64,000 nucleotides of DNA, from the NCBI RefSeq assembly GCF_000027125.1, contig NC_017626.1, one strand, 5' to 3'. The translations under genes were made by a program, and so were the position numbers. Position 1 is the first letter of the stretch; every line of letters starts with the position of its first letter. Source of the stretch: Escherichia coli 042 (lineage in GTDB: Bacteria; Pseudomonadota; Gammaproteobacteria; Enterobacterales; Enterobacteriaceae). Under the pieces are notes generated by a model. The model saw nothing but the letters and a program-made list of their open reading frames with translations. It did not search any database and was not told the DNA's origin. Positions 31,504 to 47,470 of the stretch are shown one piece after another.

Positions 31504-33390
31504 ATGTCTTTTAGCGAATTTTATCAGCGTTCGATTAACGAACCGGAGAAGTTCTGGGCCGAGCAGGCCCGGCGTATTGACTGGCAGACGCCCTTTACGC
31601 AAACGCTCGATCACAGCAATCCGCCGTTTGCCCGTTGGTTTTGTGAAGGCCGAACCAACTTGTGTCACAACGCTATCGACCGCTGGCTGGAGAAACAGCC
31701 AGAGGCGCTGGCGCTGATTGCCGTCTCTTCGGAAACAGAAGAAGAGCGCACCTTTACCTTCCGCCAGTTACATGACGAAGTGAATGCGGTGGCCTCAATG
31801 CTGCGCTCGCTGGGTGTGCAGCGCGGCGATCGGGTGCTGGTGTATATGCCGATGATTGCCGAAGCACATATTACTCTGCTGGCTTGCGCGCGCATTGGCG
31901 CTATTCACTCGGTGGTGTTTGGGGGATTTGCCTCGCACAGCGTGGCGGCGCGAATTGATGATGCTAAACCGGTGCTGATTGTCTCGGCTGATGCCGGAGC
32001 GCGCGGTGGCAAAATCATTCCCTATAAAAAATTGCTCGACGATGCGATAAGTCAGGCGCAGCACCAGCCACGCCATGTTTTGCTGGTGGATCGCGGGCTG
32101 GCGAAAATGGCACGCGTCAGCGGGCGGGATGTCGATTTCGCGTCGTTGCGCCATCAACACATCGGCGCGCGGGTACCGGTGGCGTGGCTGGAATCCAACG
32201 AAACCTCCTGCATTCTCTACACCTCCGGCACGACCGGCAAACCTAAAGGCGTGCAGCGTGACGTTGGCGGATATGCGGTGGCGCTGGCGACCTCGATGGA
32301 CACCATTTTTGGCGGCAAAGCGGGCGGTGTGTTCTTTTGTGCTTCGGATATCGGCTGGGTGGTGGGGCATTCGTATATCGTCTACGCGCCGCTGCTGGCG
32401 GGGATGGCGACTATCGTTTACGAAGGATTACCGACCTGGCCGGACTGCGGCGTGTGGTGGAAAATCGTCGAGAAATATCAGGTTAGCCGGATGTTCTCAG
32501 CGCCGACCGCCATTCGCGTGCTGAAAAAATTCCCTACCGCTGAAATTCGCAAACACGATCTCTCGTCGCTGGAAGTGCTCTATCTGGCTGGAGAACCGCT
32601 GGACGAGCCGACCGCCAGTTGGGTGAGCAATACGCTGGATGTGCCAGTGATCGACAATTACTGGCAGACCGAATCCGGCTGGCCGATTATGGCGATTGCT
32701 CGCGGTCTGGACGACAGGCCGACGCGTCTGGGTAGCCCCGGCGTGCCGATGTATGGCTATAACGTGCAGTTGCTTAATGAAGTCACCGGCGAACCGTGTG
32801 GCGTCAACGAGAAAGGGATGCTGGTGGTGGAAGGGCCATTGCCGCCGGGGTGTATTCAGACCATTTGGGGCGACGACGACCGCTTTGTGAAGACGTACTG
32901 GTCGCTGTTTTCCCGTCCGGTGTACGCCACTTTTGACTGGGGTATCCGCGATGCTGACGGTTATCACTTTATTCTCGGGCGCACTGACGATGTGATTAAC
33001 GTTGCCGGGCATCGGCTGGGGACGCGCGAGATTGAAGAGAGTATCTCCAGTCATCCGGGCGTTGCCGAAGTGGCGGTGGTTGGGGTGAAAGATGCGCTGA
33101 AAGGGCAGGTGGCGGTGGCGTTTGTCATTCCGAAAGAGAGCGACAGTCTGGAAGACCGTGAGGTGGCGCACTCGCAAGAGAAGGCGATTATGGCGCTGGT
33201 GGACAGCCAGATTGGCAACTTTGGCCGCCCGGCGCACGTCTGGTTTGTCTCGCAATTGCCGAAAACGCGATCCGGAAAAATGCTGCGCCGCACGATCCAG
33301 GCGATTTGCGAAGGACGCGATCCTGGGGATCTGACGACCATTGATGATCCTGCGTCGTTGGATCAGATCCGCCAGGCGATGGAAGAGTAA
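31504..33390 (+). CDS. prpE: propionyl-CoA synthetase
   Basis: 628-aa ORF with AMP-binding motif YTSGTTGKPKG. Confidence 0.92.
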   Translation: MSFSEFYQRSINEPEKFWAEQARRIDWQTPFTQTLDHSNPPFARWFCEGRTNLCHNAIDRWLEKQPEALALIAVSSETEEERTFTFRQLHDEVNAVASMLRSLGVQRGDRVLVYMPMIAEAHITLLACARIGAIHSVVFGGFASHSVAARIDDAKPVLIVSADAGARGGKIIPYKKLLDDAISQAQHQPRHVLLVDRGLAKMARVSGRDVDFASLRHQHIGARVPVAWLESNETSCILYTSGTTGKPKGVQRDVGGYAVALATSMDTIFGGKAGGVFFCASDIGWVVGHSYIVYAPLLAGMATIVYEGLPTWPDCGVWWKIVEKYQVSRMFSAPTAIRVLKKFPTAEIRKHDLSSLEVLYLAGEPLDEPTASWVSNTLDVPVIDNYWQTESGWPIMAIARGLDDRPTRLGSPGVPMYGYNVQLLNEVTGEPCGVNEKGMLVVEGPLPPGCIQTIWGDDDRFVKTYWSLFSRPVYATFDWGIRDADGYHFILGRTDDVINVAGHRLGTREIEESISSHPGVAEVAVVGVKDALKGQVAVAFVIPKESDSLEDREVAHSQEKAIMALVDSQIGNFGRPAHVWFVSQLPKTRSGKMLRRTIQAICEGRDPGDLTTIDDPASLDQIRQAMEE

Positions 33391-33396
33391 GGTATT

Positions 33397-33863
33397 GTCG
33401 GATGCGTCGTGTGGCGCATCCGACACCGTGCGCCGATGCCTGATGCGACGCTGACGCGTCTTATCATGCCTACAGGCCTGAACCGTAGGTCGGATAAGGC
33501 GCTCGCGCCGCATCCGACACCGTGCGCCGATGCCTGATGCGACGCTGACGCGTCTTATCATGCCTACAGGCCTGAACCGTAGGTCGGATAAGGCGCTCGC
33601 GCCGCATCCGACACCGTGCGCCGATGCCTGATGCGACGCTGGCGCGTCTTATCATGCCTACAGGTCTGAACCGTAGGTCGGATAAGGCGCTCGCGCCGCA
33701 TCCGACACCGTGCGCAGATGCCTGATACGACGCTGGCGCGTCTTATCATGCCTACAGGCCTGAACCGTAGGTCGGATAAGGCGCTCGCGCCGCATCCGAC
33801 ACCGTGCGCAGATGCCTGATGCGACGCTGACGCGTCTTATCATGCCCACAGGCCTGAACCGTG
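33397..33863. repeat. tandem REP/BIME array, about five copies of a 94-bp unit
   Basis: unit cgacaccgtgcgccgatgcctgatgcgacgctgacgcgtcttatcatgcctacaggcctgaaccgtaggtcggataaggcgctcgcgccgcatc recurs at 33421, 33515, 33609, 33703 and 33797. Confidence 0.9.
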
Positions 33864-33999
33864 GATAATTTTTCCCCCACCTTTTTGCACTCATTCATAT
33901 AAAAAATATATTTCCCCACGAAAACGATTGCTTTTTATCTTCAGATGAATAGAATGCGGCGGATTTTTTGGGTTTCAAACAGCAAAAAGGGGGAATTTC

Positions 34000-35259
34000 G
34001 TGTCGCAAGATAACAACTTTAGCCAGGGGCCAGTCCCGCAGTCGGCGCGGAAAGGGGTATTGGCATTGACGTTCGTCATGCTGGGATTAACCTTCTTTTC
34101 CGCCAGTATGTGGACCGGCGGCACTCTCGGAACCGGTCTTAGCTATCATGATTTCTTCCTCGCAGTCCTCATCGGTAATCTTCTCCTCGGTATTTACACT
34201 TCATTTCTTGGTTACATTGGCGCAAAAACCGGCCTGACCACCCATCTTCTTGCTCGCTTCTCGTTTGGTGTTAAAGGCTCATGGCTGCCTTCACTGCTGC
34301 TGGGGGGTACCCAGGTTGGCTGGTTTGGCGTTGGCGTGGCGATGTTTGCCATTCCGGTGGGTAAGGCAACCGGGCTGGATATTAATTTGCTGATTGCCGT
34401 TTCCGGTTTACTGATGACCGTCACCGTCTTCTTTGGCATTTCGGCGCTGACGGTTCTTTCGGTGATTGCGGTTCCGGCTATCGCCTGTCTTGGCGGTTAT
34501 TCCGTGTGGCTGGCCGTTAACGGCATGGGCGGCCTGGACGCATTAAAAGCGGTCGTTCCTGCACAACCGCTAGATTTCAATGTCGCGCTGGCGCTGGTTG
34601 TGGGGTCATTTATCAGCGCGGGTACGCTCACCGCTGACTTTGTCCGGTTTGGTCGCAATGCCAAACTGGCGGTGCTGGTGGCGATGGTGGCCTTTTTCCT
34701 TGGCAACTCGTTGATGTTTATTTTCGGTGCAGCGGGAGCGGCGGCACTGGGCATGGCAGATATCTCTGATGTGATGATTGCTCAGGGCCTGCTGCTACCC
34801 GCGATTGTGGTGCTGGGGCTGAATATCTGGACCACCAACGATAACGCGCTCTATGCGTCGGGCTTAGGTTTCGCCAACATTACCGGTATGTCGAGCAAAA
34901 CCCTTTCGGTGATTAACGGTATTATCGGTACGGTCTGCGCACTATGGCTGTATAACAATTTTGTCGGCTGGCTGACCTTCCTTTCGGCAGCTATTCCTCC
35001 GGTAGGGGGCGTGATCATCGCCGACTATCTGATGAACCGTCGCCGCTATGAGCACTTTGCGACCACGCGTATGATGAGTGTCAATTGGGTGGCGATTCTG
35101 GCGGTCGCCTTGGGGATTGCCGCAGGCCACTGGTTACCGGGAATTGTTCCGGTCAACGCGGTATTAGGTGGCGCGCTGAGCTATCTGATCCTTAACCCGA
35201 TTTTGAATCGTAAAACGACAGCAGCAATGACGCATGTGGAGGCTAACAGTGTCGAATAA
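34000..35259 (+). CDS. codB: cytosine permease
   Basis: 419-aa ORF with GTG start ([14 protein letters not shown]...), NCS1-family membrane protein. Confidence 0.92.
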   Translation: MSQDNNFSQGPVPQSARKGVLALTFVMLGLTFFSASMWTGGTLGTGLSYHDFFLAVLIGNLLLGIYTSFLGYIGAKTGLTTHLLARFSFGVKGSWLPSLLLGGTQVGWFGVGVAMFAIPVGKATGLDINLLIAVSGLLMTVTVFFGISALTVLSVIAVPAIACLGGYSVWLAVNGMGGLDALKAVVPAQPLDFNVALALVVGSFISAGTLTADFVRFGRNAKLAVLVAMVAFFLGNSLMFIFGAAGAAALGMADISDVMIAQGLLLPAIVVLGLNIWTTNDNALYASGLGFANITGMSSKTLSVINGIIGTVCALWLYNNFVGWLTFLSAAIPPVGGVIIADYLMNRRRYEHFATTRMMSVNWVAILAVALGIAAGHWLPGIVPVNAVLGGALSYLILNPILNRKTTAAMTHVEANSVE

Positions 35260-36532
35260 CGCTTTACAAACAATTATTAACGCCCGGTTACCCGGCAAAG
35301 AGGGGCTGTGGCAGATTCATCTGCAGGACGGAAAAATCAGCGCCATTGATGCGCAATCTGGTGTGATGCCCGTAACTGAAAACAGCCTGGATGCCGAACA
35401 AGGTTTAGTTTTACCGCCGTTTGTGGAGCCGCATATTCACCTGGACACCACGCAAACCGCCGGGCAACCGAACTGGAATCAGTCCGGCACGCTGTTTGAA
35501 GGCATTGAACGCTGGGCCGAGCGCAAAGCGTTATTAACCCATGACGATGTGAAACAACGCGCATGGCAAACGCTGAAATGGCAGATTGCCAACGGCATTC
35601 AGCATGTGCGTACCCATGTCGATGTTTCCGACGCAACGCTGACTGCGTTGAAAGCGATGCTGGAAGTGAAACAGGAAGTTGCGCCGTGGATTGATCTGCA
35701 AATCGTCGCCTTCCCGCAGGAAGGGATTTTGTCGTATCCCAACGGTGAAGCGTTGCTGGAAGAGGCGCTACGCTTAGGAGCAGACGTTGTTGGGGCGATT
35801 CCGCATTTTGAATTTACCCGTGAATATGGCGTGGAGTCGCTGCATAAAACCTTCGCCCTGGCGCAAAAATACGACCGTCTCATCGACGTTCACTGTGATG
35901 AGATCGATGATGAGCAGTCGCGCTTTGTCGAAACCGTTGCCGCCCTGGCGCACCGTGAAGGAATGGGCGCACGAGTCACCGCCAGCCATACTACGGCAAT
36001 GCACTCCTATAACGGGGCGTATACCTCACGCCTGTTCCGCCTGCTGAAAATGTCCGGTATTAACTTTGTCGCCAACCCGTTGGTCAATATTCATCTACAA
36101 GGGCGTTTCGATACGTATCCAAAACGTCGCGGCATCACGCGCGTTAAAGAGATGCTGGAGTCAGGCATTAACGTCTGCTTTGGTCACGATGATGTCTTCG
36201 ATCCGTGGTATCCGCTGGGAACGGCGAATATGCTGCAAGTGCTGCATATGGGGCTGCATGTTTGCCAGCTGATGGGCTACGGGCAGATTAACGACGGCCT
36301 GAATTTAATCACCCACCACAGCGCCAGGACGTTGAATTTGCAGGATTACGGCATTGCCGCCGGAAACAGCGCCAACCTGATTATCCTGCCGGCTGAAAAT
36401 GGATTTGATGCGCTGCGCCGTCAGGTTCCGGTACGTTATTCGGTACGTGGCGGCAAGGTGATTGCCAGCACACAACCGGCACAAACCACCGTATATCTGG
36501 AGCAGCCAGAAGCCATCGATTACAAACGGTGA
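35249..36532 (+). CDS. codA: cytosine deaminase
   Basis: ORF 35234..36532; conserved start is GTG 35249 ([15 protein letters not shown]), overlapping the codB stop by 11 bp; HIHLD amidohydrolase motif. Confidence 0.92.
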   Translation: MSNNALQTIINARLPGKEGLWQIHLQDGKISAIDAQSGVMPVTENSLDAEQGLVLPPFVEPHIHLDTTQTAGQPNWNQSGTLFEGIERWAERKALLTHDDVKQRAWQTLKWQIANGIQHVRTHVDVSDATLTALKAMLEVKQEVAPWIDLQIVAFPQEGILSYPNGEALLEEALRLGADVVGAIPHFEFTREYGVESLHKTFALAQKYDRLIDVHCDEIDDEQSRFVETVAALAHREGMGARVTASHTTAMHSYNGAYTSRLFRLLKMSGINFVANPLVNIHLQGRFDTYPKRRGITRVKEMLESGINVCFGHDDVFDPWYPLGTANMLQVLHMGLHVCQLMGYGQINDGLNLITHHSARTLNLQDYGIAAGNSANLIILPAENGFDALRRQVPVRYSVRGGKVIASTQPAQTTVYLEQPEAIDYKR

Positions 36533-36570
36533 TCGGCTGGGCTGTGTGTTGACAAAGCGAGCGTAGTTTA

Positions 36571-36651
36571 TGCCGGATGCGGCGTGAACGCCTTATCCGG
36601 CCTACGTAGAGCACTGAACTCGTAGGCCTGATAAGCGTAGCGCATCAGGCA
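36571..36651. repeat. BIME: two REP palindromes
   Basis: tgccggatgcggcgtgaacgccttatccggcctacg and gtaggcctgataagcgtagcgcatcaggca. Confidence 0.9.
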
Positions 36652-36664
36652 ATTGTGTCAGTGG

Positions 36665-37564
36665 TTACCGCGATTCATTCCCGCCAACAACCGCGCATTT
36701 ATCCAACGCCATTTGCAAAAATGCCTTCGCGGCGGCTGTCTGCCAGCTATTTTTCCGCCGCAACAAAACCGCCGTTCTCTTCAGTAGTGGTGGGGCAAGA
36801 GAAATAGCTTTAAGCCCTTCATGTTGTGTGGCAATCGCTGCTGGCAACAATGTGGAAAGGGAAGTGCGGCGAATCAGCTCCAGAACCGCGCTAATTGAGT
36901 TCGCCTCAATGACCACCTGTGGATGTAGCCCCGCTTTCTCGCAGTAGTGGTCAATTTGCTCTCTGGTGGCAAATTCCGCGCTGAGCAGGACCAGTTTTTC
37001 ATCATGCAAGCGACTCAACGCCACCTGTTCACAGGCAGCCAGCGGATGATGTTGCGCCACGACTAACGCTAAACTTTCTGTCAGTAAAGGAATTGCCTCC
37101 AGCTCCGGCGAATGCACAGGCGCGAAGGCAATCCCAACGTCCAACTCGTCGCGACAAAGCAGATCTTCGATTTTCTCCTGCGACATTTCCTGTAGCTGGA
37201 GCGTGATGCCGGGGTAGCGCGCATAGAAACCCGCCATTAAAGGGCCGATAAAGTAGCTTGTAAAGGTGGGAGTGACGGCGATACGCAGCGATCCTCGCGT
37301 CAGATCGGCAACATCATGAATCGCCCGTTTACCCGCCCCGAGTTCCTGTAACGCCCGGCTGGCGTACTGTCGCCAGACTTCTCCTGCATCAGTGAGACGA
37401 ATCGTTCGCCCGCTACGGTCAAACAGCGGCACGCCTAAACTCTCCTCTAACTGGCGAATCTGCTGGGAAAGCGCAGGCTGGGAGACGTGCAACACACTGG
37501 CGGCACGGGTGAAGCTGCCATGTTCAGCCACGGCAAGAAAATAATTGATATGTCGAGAGAGCAT
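36665..37564 (-). CDS. cynR: LysR-family regulator of the cyn operon
   Basis: ORF 36665..37588 begins at TTG; start set at ATG 37564 ([22 protein letters not shown]). Confidence 0.9.
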   Translation of the reverse strand: MLSRHINYFLAVAEHGSFTRAASVLHVSQPALSQQIRQLEESLGVPLFDRSGRTIRLTDAGEVWRQYASRALQELGAGKRAIHDVADLTRGSLRIAVTPTFTSYFIGPLMAGFYARYPGITLQLQEMSQEKIEDLLCRDELDVGIAFAPVHSPELEAIPLLTESLALVVAQHHPLAACEQVALSRLHDEKLVLLSAEFATREQIDHYCEKAGLHPQVVIEANSISAVLELIRRTSLSTLLPAAIATQHEGLKAISLAPPLLKRTAVLLRRKNSWQTAAAKAFLQMALDKCAVVGGNESR

Positions 37565-37673
37565 TCGCCAACCTATAAGTAAATCCAATAGAACTCATCA
37601 TAAATGAGTCTTTTACCTTATGACAATCGGCGAGTAGTCTGCCTCTCATTCCAGAGACAGACAGAGGTTAACG

Positions 37674-38333
37674 GTGAAAGAGATTATTGATGGATTCCTT
37701 AAATTCCAGCGCGAGGCATTTCCGAAGCGGGAAGCCTTGTTTAAACAGCTGGCGACACAGCAAAGCCCGCGCACCCTTTTTATCTCCTGCTCCGACAGCC
37801 GTCTGGTCCCTGAGCTGGTGACGCAACGTGAACCTGGCGATCTGTTCGTTATTCGCAACGCGGGCAATATCGTCCCTTCCTACGGGCCAGAACCCGGTGG
37901 CGTTTCTGCTTCGGTGGAGTACGCCGTCGCTGCGCTTCGGGTATCTGACATTGTGATTTGCGGTCATTCCAACTGTGGCGCAATGACCGCTATTGCCAGC
38001 TGCCAGTGCATGGACCATATGCCTGCCGTCTCTCACTGGCTGCGTTATGCCGATTCTGCCCGCGTCGTTAATGAGGCGCGCCCGCATCGTGATTTACCGT
38101 CAAAAGCTGCGGCGATGGTGCGTGAAAACGTGATTGCTCAGTTGGCTAATCTGCAAACGCATCCATCGGTGCGCCTGGCGCTCGAAGAGGGGCGGATCGC
38201 CCTGCACGGCTGGGTCTACGACATTGAAAGCGGCAGCATCGCAGCTTTTGACGGCGCAACCCGCCAGTTTGTGCCACTGGCCGCTAATCCTCGCGTTTGT
38301 GCCATACCGCTACGCCAACCGACCGCAGCGTAA
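37674..38333 (+). CDS. cynT: beta-class carbonic anhydrase
   Basis: 219-aa ORF with GTG start; CSDSR and HxxCG zinc-ligand motifs. Confidence 0.92.
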   Translation: MKEIIDGFLKFQREAFPKREALFKQLATQQSPRTLFISCSDSRLVPELVTQREPGDLFVIRNAGNIVPSYGPEPGGVSASVEYAVAALRVSDIVICGHSNCGAMTAIASCQCMDHMPAVSHWLRYADSARVVNEARPHRDLPSKAAAMVRENVIAQLANLQTHPSVRLALEEGRIALHGWVYDIESGSIAAFDGATRQFVPLAANPRVCAIPLRQPTAA

Positions 38334-38345
38334 CCTTATTTTTAA

Positions 38346-38834
<489 letters not shown>

Positions 38835-38866
38835 CAACCATGCGCGACCATCAAAAGACGTTCACG

Positions 38867-40021
38867 ATGCTGCTGGTTCTGGTGCTGATTGGTCTTAATA
38901 TGCGACCACTGCTCACCTCCGTCGGACCACTGCTACCGCAATTGCGTCAGGCGAGTGGAATGAGCTTTAGCGTGGCAGCCCTGTTGACCGCTCTGCCGGT
39001 GGTTACCATGGGCGGGCTGGCGCTGGCCGGAAGCTGGCTTCATCAGCATGTCAGCGAACGTCGCAGCGTCGCCATCAGTTTGTTACTGATTGCCGTCGGT
39101 GCATTGATGCGTGAGCTTTACCCCCAAAGTGCGCTGCTGCTTAGCAGCGCACTGCTTGGTGGAGTGGGGATCGGCATCATTCAGGCAGTGATGCCTTCGG
39201 TAATTAAGCGGCGGTTTCAGCACCGTACGCCACTGGTGATGGGGCTGTGGTCCGCGGCTCTGATGGGCGGCGGTGGACTTGGTGCCGCCATTACGCCCTG
39301 GTTAGTTCAACATAGCGAAACCTGGTATCAAACACTCGCCTGGTGGGCGCTGCCTGCCGTTGTTGCGCTCTTTGCCTGGTGGTGGCAAAGCGCCCGCGAG
39401 GTCGCCTCTTCTCACAAGACAACAACCACTCCGGTTCGCGTGGTATTTACTCCCCGCGCCTGGACGCTGGGTGTTTACTTCGGTCTGATTAACGGCGGTT
39501 ACGCCAGCCTGATTGCCTGGTTACCCGCTTTCTATATTGAGATTGGTGCCAGCGCGCAGTACAGCGGTTCCTTGCTGGCATTGATGACGCTTGGGCAAGC
39601 AGCAGGGGCATTGCTGATGCCTGCTATGGCTCGCCATCAGGATCGGCGCAAACTTTTGATGCTGGCGCTGGCGTTACAACTGGTGGGGTTCTGCGGCTTT
39701 ATCTGGCTGCCGCTGCAATTGCCGGTATTGTGGGCAATGGTGTGCGGATTAGGTCTGGGCGGCGCATTTCCGCTCTGTTTGCTGCTGGCGCTCGATCACT
39801 CTGCGCAACCGGCTATTGCTGGCAAACTGGTGGCGTTTATGCAGGGGATCGGTTTTATCATCGCCGGGCTTGCTCCCTGGTTTTCTGGCGTGCTGCGTAG
39901 TATCAGTGGCAATTACTTGATGGACTGGGCGTTTCATGCGCTGTGCGTCGTTGGGCTGATGATCATAACCCTGCGTTTTGCACCAGCACGTTTTCCGCAG
40001 CTGTGGGTCAAAGAGGCATGA
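38867..40021 (+). CDS. cynX: MFS cyanate transporter
   Basis: ORF 38840..40021; start set at ATG 38867 (MLLVLVLIGLNMRPLL, 384 aa); the upstream ATG at 38840 is an alternative. Confidence 0.85.
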   Translation: MLLVLVLIGLNMRPLLTSVGPLLPQLRQASGMSFSVAALLTALPVVTMGGLALAGSWLHQHVSERRSVAISLLLIAVGALMRELYPQSALLLSSALLGGVGIGIIQAVMPSVIKRRFQHRTPLVMGLWSAALMGGGGLGAAITPWLVQHSETWYQTLAWWALPAVVALFAWWWQSAREVASSHKTTTTPVRVVFTPRAWTLGVYFGLINGGYASLIAWLPAFYIEIGASAQYSGSLLALMTLGQAAGALLMPAMARHQDRRKLLMLALALQLVGFCGFIWLPLQLPVLWAMVCGLGLGGAFPLCLLLALDHSAQPAIAGKLVAFMQGIGFIIAGLAPWFSGVLRSISGNYLMDWAFHALCVVGLMIITLRFAPARFPQLWVKEA

Positions 40022-40063
40022 TGCGACGCTTGTTTCGCCAGATAATGGAAGAGTGAATTATTG

Positions 40064-40090
40064 TCGGATGTGCCCAATGGCGCATCCGAC
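40064..40090. repeat. REP palindrome
   Basis: gtcggatgtgcccaatggcgcatccgac. Confidence 0.75.
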
Positions 40091-40108
40091 ATTTATTTCA
40101 GTGCTTAT

Positions 40109-40720
40109 TTAAACTGAAGGCTCAACTTTATAATCTTTGTAATAATAGTGCTTATCCCGGTCGTTTATTTCGCGAATAACCCGACAAGGAACGCCAGCAG
40201 CCACGACGTTTGGTGGAATGTCTTTTATGACGACACTACCCGCGCCAATAACAGAATTATCCCCGATGGTGACGCCTGGATTAATGACCACATGACTTCC
40301 GATCCAGACGTTATTGCCAATCGTTATCGGAAAAGAGTACATCTCACCGTTTTTTCTTAATTCATGGTGTACCGGGTGTCCCGTAACGGAAAGAGTAACG
40401 TTGGGTGCAATCAGTACGTTATCACCGATTGTTACCGTGTAGTCATCGACAATGGTTAAATTAAAATTTGCATAAAAATTGCGGCCTATATGGATGTTGG
40501 AACCGTAAGAGAAATAGACGGGAGGTTCTACCCAGGCGTTTTCCCCTACCGTGGCAAACATTTCTTTAATCAGGCTTTCTCTTTTTTCAACTTCTGATGG
40601 ATGCGAGTGATTAAACTCATACATTAACGTTTTCCCACGAAGTCTTTTTTCCGGTAAGCCTTCGCACATATCGGTAAATAGCTTGCCTGCTTTTATTCTT
40701 TCGGTCATTGGCATGTTCAT
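40109..40720 (-). CDS. lacA: galactoside O-acetyltransferase
   Basis: ORF 40109..40771 extends into a REP element; start set at ATG 40720 (MNMPMTERI, 203 aa); hexapeptide-repeat acetyltransferase. Confidence 0.92.
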   Translation of the reverse strand: MNMPMTERIKAGKLFTDMCEGLPEKRLRGKTLMYEFNHSHPSEVEKRESLIKEMFATVGENAWVEPPVYFSYGSNIHIGRNFYANFNLTIVDDYTVTIGDNVLIAPNVTLSVTGHPVHHELRKNGEMYSFPITIGNNVWIGSHVVINPGVTIGDNSVIGAGSVVIKDIPPNVVAAGVPCRVIREINDRDKHYYYKDYKVEPSV

Positions 40721-40746
40721 TGCGATCATTCCGTTATGATATGTTG

Positions 40747-40776
40747 GTCGGATAAGGCGCTCGCGCCGCATCCGAC
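40747..40776. repeat. REP palindrome between lacY and lacA
   Basis: gtcggataaggcgctcgcgccgcatccgac. Confidence 0.8.
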
Positions 40777-40785
40777 ATTGATTGC

Positions 40786-42084
<1,299 letters not shown>

Positions 42085-42090
42085 TTATTA

Positions 42091-45203
<3,113 letters not shown>

Positions 45204-45209
45204 CCACAC

Positions 45210-45240
45210 AACATACGAGCCGGACGCATAAAGTGTAAAG
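45210..45240 (-). promoter_or_regulatory. lacZYA promoter (-35 TTTACA, -10 TATGTT)
   Basis: reverse strand reads GGCTTTACACTTTATGCGTCCGGCTCGTATGTTGTGTGG. Confidence 0.9.
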
Positions 45241-45251
45241 CCTGGGGTGCC

Positions 45252-45275
45252 TAATGAGTGAGCTGACTCACATTA
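45252..45275. promoter_or_regulatory. CRP (CAP) binding site of the lac promoter
   Basis: reverse strand reads TAATGTGAGTCAGCTCACTCATTA (TGTGA-N6-TCACT). Confidence 0.85.
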
Positions 45276-45295
45276 ATTGCGTTGCGCTCACTGCC
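45275..45295. promoter_or_regulatory. lac operator O3, overlapping the lacI 3' end
   Basis: aattgcgttgcgctcactgcc, the reverse complement of GGCAGTGAGCGCAACGCAATT; about 92 bp from O1. Confidence 0.85.
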
Positions 45296-46370
45296 CGCTT
45301 TCGAGTCGGGAAATTTGTCGCGCCAGCTGCATTAAAGAATCTGCCAACGCCTGGGGAGAAGCGGTTTGCGTATTGGGCGGAAGGGTGGTTTTTCTTTTCA
45401 CCAGTGAGACGGGCAACAGCTGATTGCCCTTCACCGCCTGGCCCTGAGAGAGTTGCAGCAAGCGGTCCACGCTGGTTTGCCCCAGCAGGCGAAAATCCTG
45501 TTTGATGGTGGTTAACGGCGGGATATAACACGAGCTGTCTTCGGTATCGTCGTATCCCACTACCGAGATATCCGCACCAACGCACAGCCCGGACTCGGTA
45601 ATGGCGCGCATTGCGCCCAGCGCCATCTGATCGTTGGCAACCAGCATCGCAGTGGGGACGATGCCCTCATTCAGCATTTGCATGGTTTGTTGAAAACCGG
45701 ACATGGCACTCCAGTCGCCTTCCCGTTCTGCTATCGGCTGAATTTGATTGCGAGTGAGATATTTATGCCAGCCCGCCAGACGCAGACGCGCCGAGACAGA
45801 ACTTAATGGGCCCGCTAACAGCGCGATTTGCTGGTGACCCAATGCGACCAGATGCTCCACGCCCAGTCGCGTACCGTCTTCATGGGAGAAAATAATACTG
45901 TTGATGGGAGTCTGGTCAGAGACATCAAGAAATAACGCCGGAACATTAGCGCAGGCAGCTTCCACAGCAATGGCATCCTGGTCATCCAGCGGATAGTTAA
46001 TGATCAGCCCACTGACGCGTTGCGCGAGAAGATTGTGCACCGCCGCTTTACAGGCTTCGACGCCGCTTCGTTCTACCATCGACACCACCACGCTGGCACC
46101 CAGTTGATCAGCGCGAGATTTAATCGCCGCGACAATTTGCGACGGCGCGTGCAGGGCCAGACTGGAAGTGGCAACGCCAATCAGCAACGACTGTTTGCCC
46201 GCCAGTTGTTGTGCCACGCGGTTGGGAATGTAATTCAGCTCCGCCATCGCCGCTTCCACTTTTTCCCGCGTTTTCGCAGAAACGTGGCTGGCCTGGTTCA
46301 CCACGCGGGAAACGGTCTGATAAGAGACACCGGCATACTCTGCGACATCGTATAGCGTTACTGGTTTCAC
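45288..46370 (-). CDS. lacI: lactose repressor
   Basis: ORF 45288..46379; conserved GTG start at 46370 (KPVTLYDVAEYAGVSYQTVSRVVNQ, 360 aa). Confidence 0.95.
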   Translation of the reverse strand: MKPVTLYDVAEYAGVSYQTVSRVVNQASHVSAKTREKVEAAMAELNYIPNRVAQQLAGKQSLLIGVATSSLALHAPSQIVAAIKSRADQLGASVVVSMVERSGVEACKAAVHNLLAQRVSGLIINYPLDDQDAIAVEAACANVPALFLDVSDQTPINSIIFSHEDGTRLGVEHLVALGHQQIALLAGPLSSVSARLRLAGWHKYLTRNQIQPIAEREGDWSAMSGFQQTMQMLNEGIVPTAMLVANDQMALGAMRAITESGLCVGADISVVGYDDTEDSSCYIPPLTTIKQDFRLLGQTSVDRLLQLSQGQAVKGNQLLPVSLVKRKTTLPPNTQTASPQALADSLMQLARQISRLESGQ

Positions 46371-46446
46371 ATTCACCACCCTGAATTGACTTTCTTCCGG
46401 GCGCTATCATGCCATACCACGAAAGGTTTTGCGCCATTCGATGGTG

Positions 46447-47280
46447 TCAACGTAAATGCACGCCGCTTCGCCGTCCGGCCACCAGAATAGCCTGCGATTC
46501 AACCCCTTCTTCGATCTGTTTTGCCACCCGTTGTAGCGCCGGAAGATGCTTTTCCGCTGCCTGTTCAATGGTCATTGCGCTCGCCATATACACCAGATTC
46601 AGACAGCCAATCACCCGTTGTTCACTGCGCAGCGGTACGGCAATGGAGGCGATCTTTTCTTCTTGATCCCAGCCGCGGTAGTTCTGTCCGTACCCCTCTT
46701 TGCGCGCCCGCGCCAGAATGGCTTCCAGTTTTAACGGTTCCCGTGCCAGTTGATAGTCATCACCGGGACGGGTGGCTAACATTTCGATTAATTCCTTGCG
46801 TTCTTGTTCGGGGCAAAAGGCCAGCCAGGTCAGGCCCGAGGCGGTTTTCAGAAGCGGTAACCGTCGCCCGACCATTGCCCGGTGAAAGGATAAGCGGCTG
46901 AAACGGTGGGTGGTTTCGCGTACCACCATTGCATCAACATCCAGCGTGGACACATCTGTCGGCCATACCACTTCGCGCAACAGATCGCCCAGCAGTGGGG
47001 CCGCCAGTGCAGAAATCCACTGTTCGTCACGAAATCCTTCGCTTAATTGCCGCACTTTGATGGTCAAACGGAAACTATCATCGGAGGGACTACGCCGGAC
47101 ATATCCCTCTTCCTGCAGCGTCTCCAGCAGTCGCCGCACAGTGGTGCGATGCAGGCCGCTGAGTTCCGCCAGCAGCCCGACGCTGGCACCGCCATCAAGT
47201 TTATTTAACATATTTAATAACATTAGACCGCGGGTTAAGCCGCGCACGGTTTTGTATTCCGTCTGCTCATTGTTCTGCAT
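46447..47280 (-). CDS. mhpR: IclR-family activator of the mhp operon
   Basis: ORF 46447..47292 (MSINMQNNEQ...); start set at the second ATG, 47280, to match the N-terminus I recall; 47292 is an alternative. Confidence 0.85.
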   Translation of the reverse strand: MQNNEQTEYKTVRGLTRGLMLLNMLNKLDGGASVGLLAELSGLHRTTVRRLLETLQEEGYVRRSPSDDSFRLTIKVRQLSEGFRDEQWISALAAPLLGDLLREVVWPTDVSTLDVDAMVVRETTHRFSRLSFHRAMVGRRLPLLKTASGLTWLAFCPEQERKELIEMLATRPGDDYQLAREPLKLEAILARARKEGYGQNYRGWDQEEKIASIAVPLRSEQRVIGCLNLVYMASAMTIEQAAEKHLPALQRVAKQIEEGVESQAILVAGRRSGVHLR

Positions 47281-47312
47281 ATTAATTGACATTTATATAG
47301 TTAAAACAACGT

Positions 47313-47328
47313 GGTGCACCTGGTGCAC
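47313..47328. promoter_or_regulatory. palindromic candidate MhpR operator in the mhpR/mhpA divergent region
   Basis: ggtgcacctggtgcac (two GTGCAC hexamers) about 145 bp upstream of mhpA. Confidence 0.5.
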
Positions 47329-47470
47329 ATTCGGGCATGTTTTGATTGTAGCCGAAAACACCCTTCCTATACTGAGCGCACAATAAAAAATCATTTACAT
47401 GTTTTTAACAAAATAAGTTGCGCTGTACTGTGCGCGCAACGGCATTTTGTCCGAGTCGTGAGGTACTGAA

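Noticed and set aside
32497-33894. Reverse-strand ORFs (354, 61, 61 and 78 aa) beginning MIRRxSVASGI...
   Set aside because: They start inside the prpE-codB REP array and run antisense into prpE. The shared N-termini reflect the repeated REP unit, not a gene family.
40721-40771. N-terminal extension of lacA in the ORF track (MRRERLIRPTYHNGMIA...)
   Set aside because: The extension is the translation of a REP element. The conserved LacA start MNMPMTER is at 40720.
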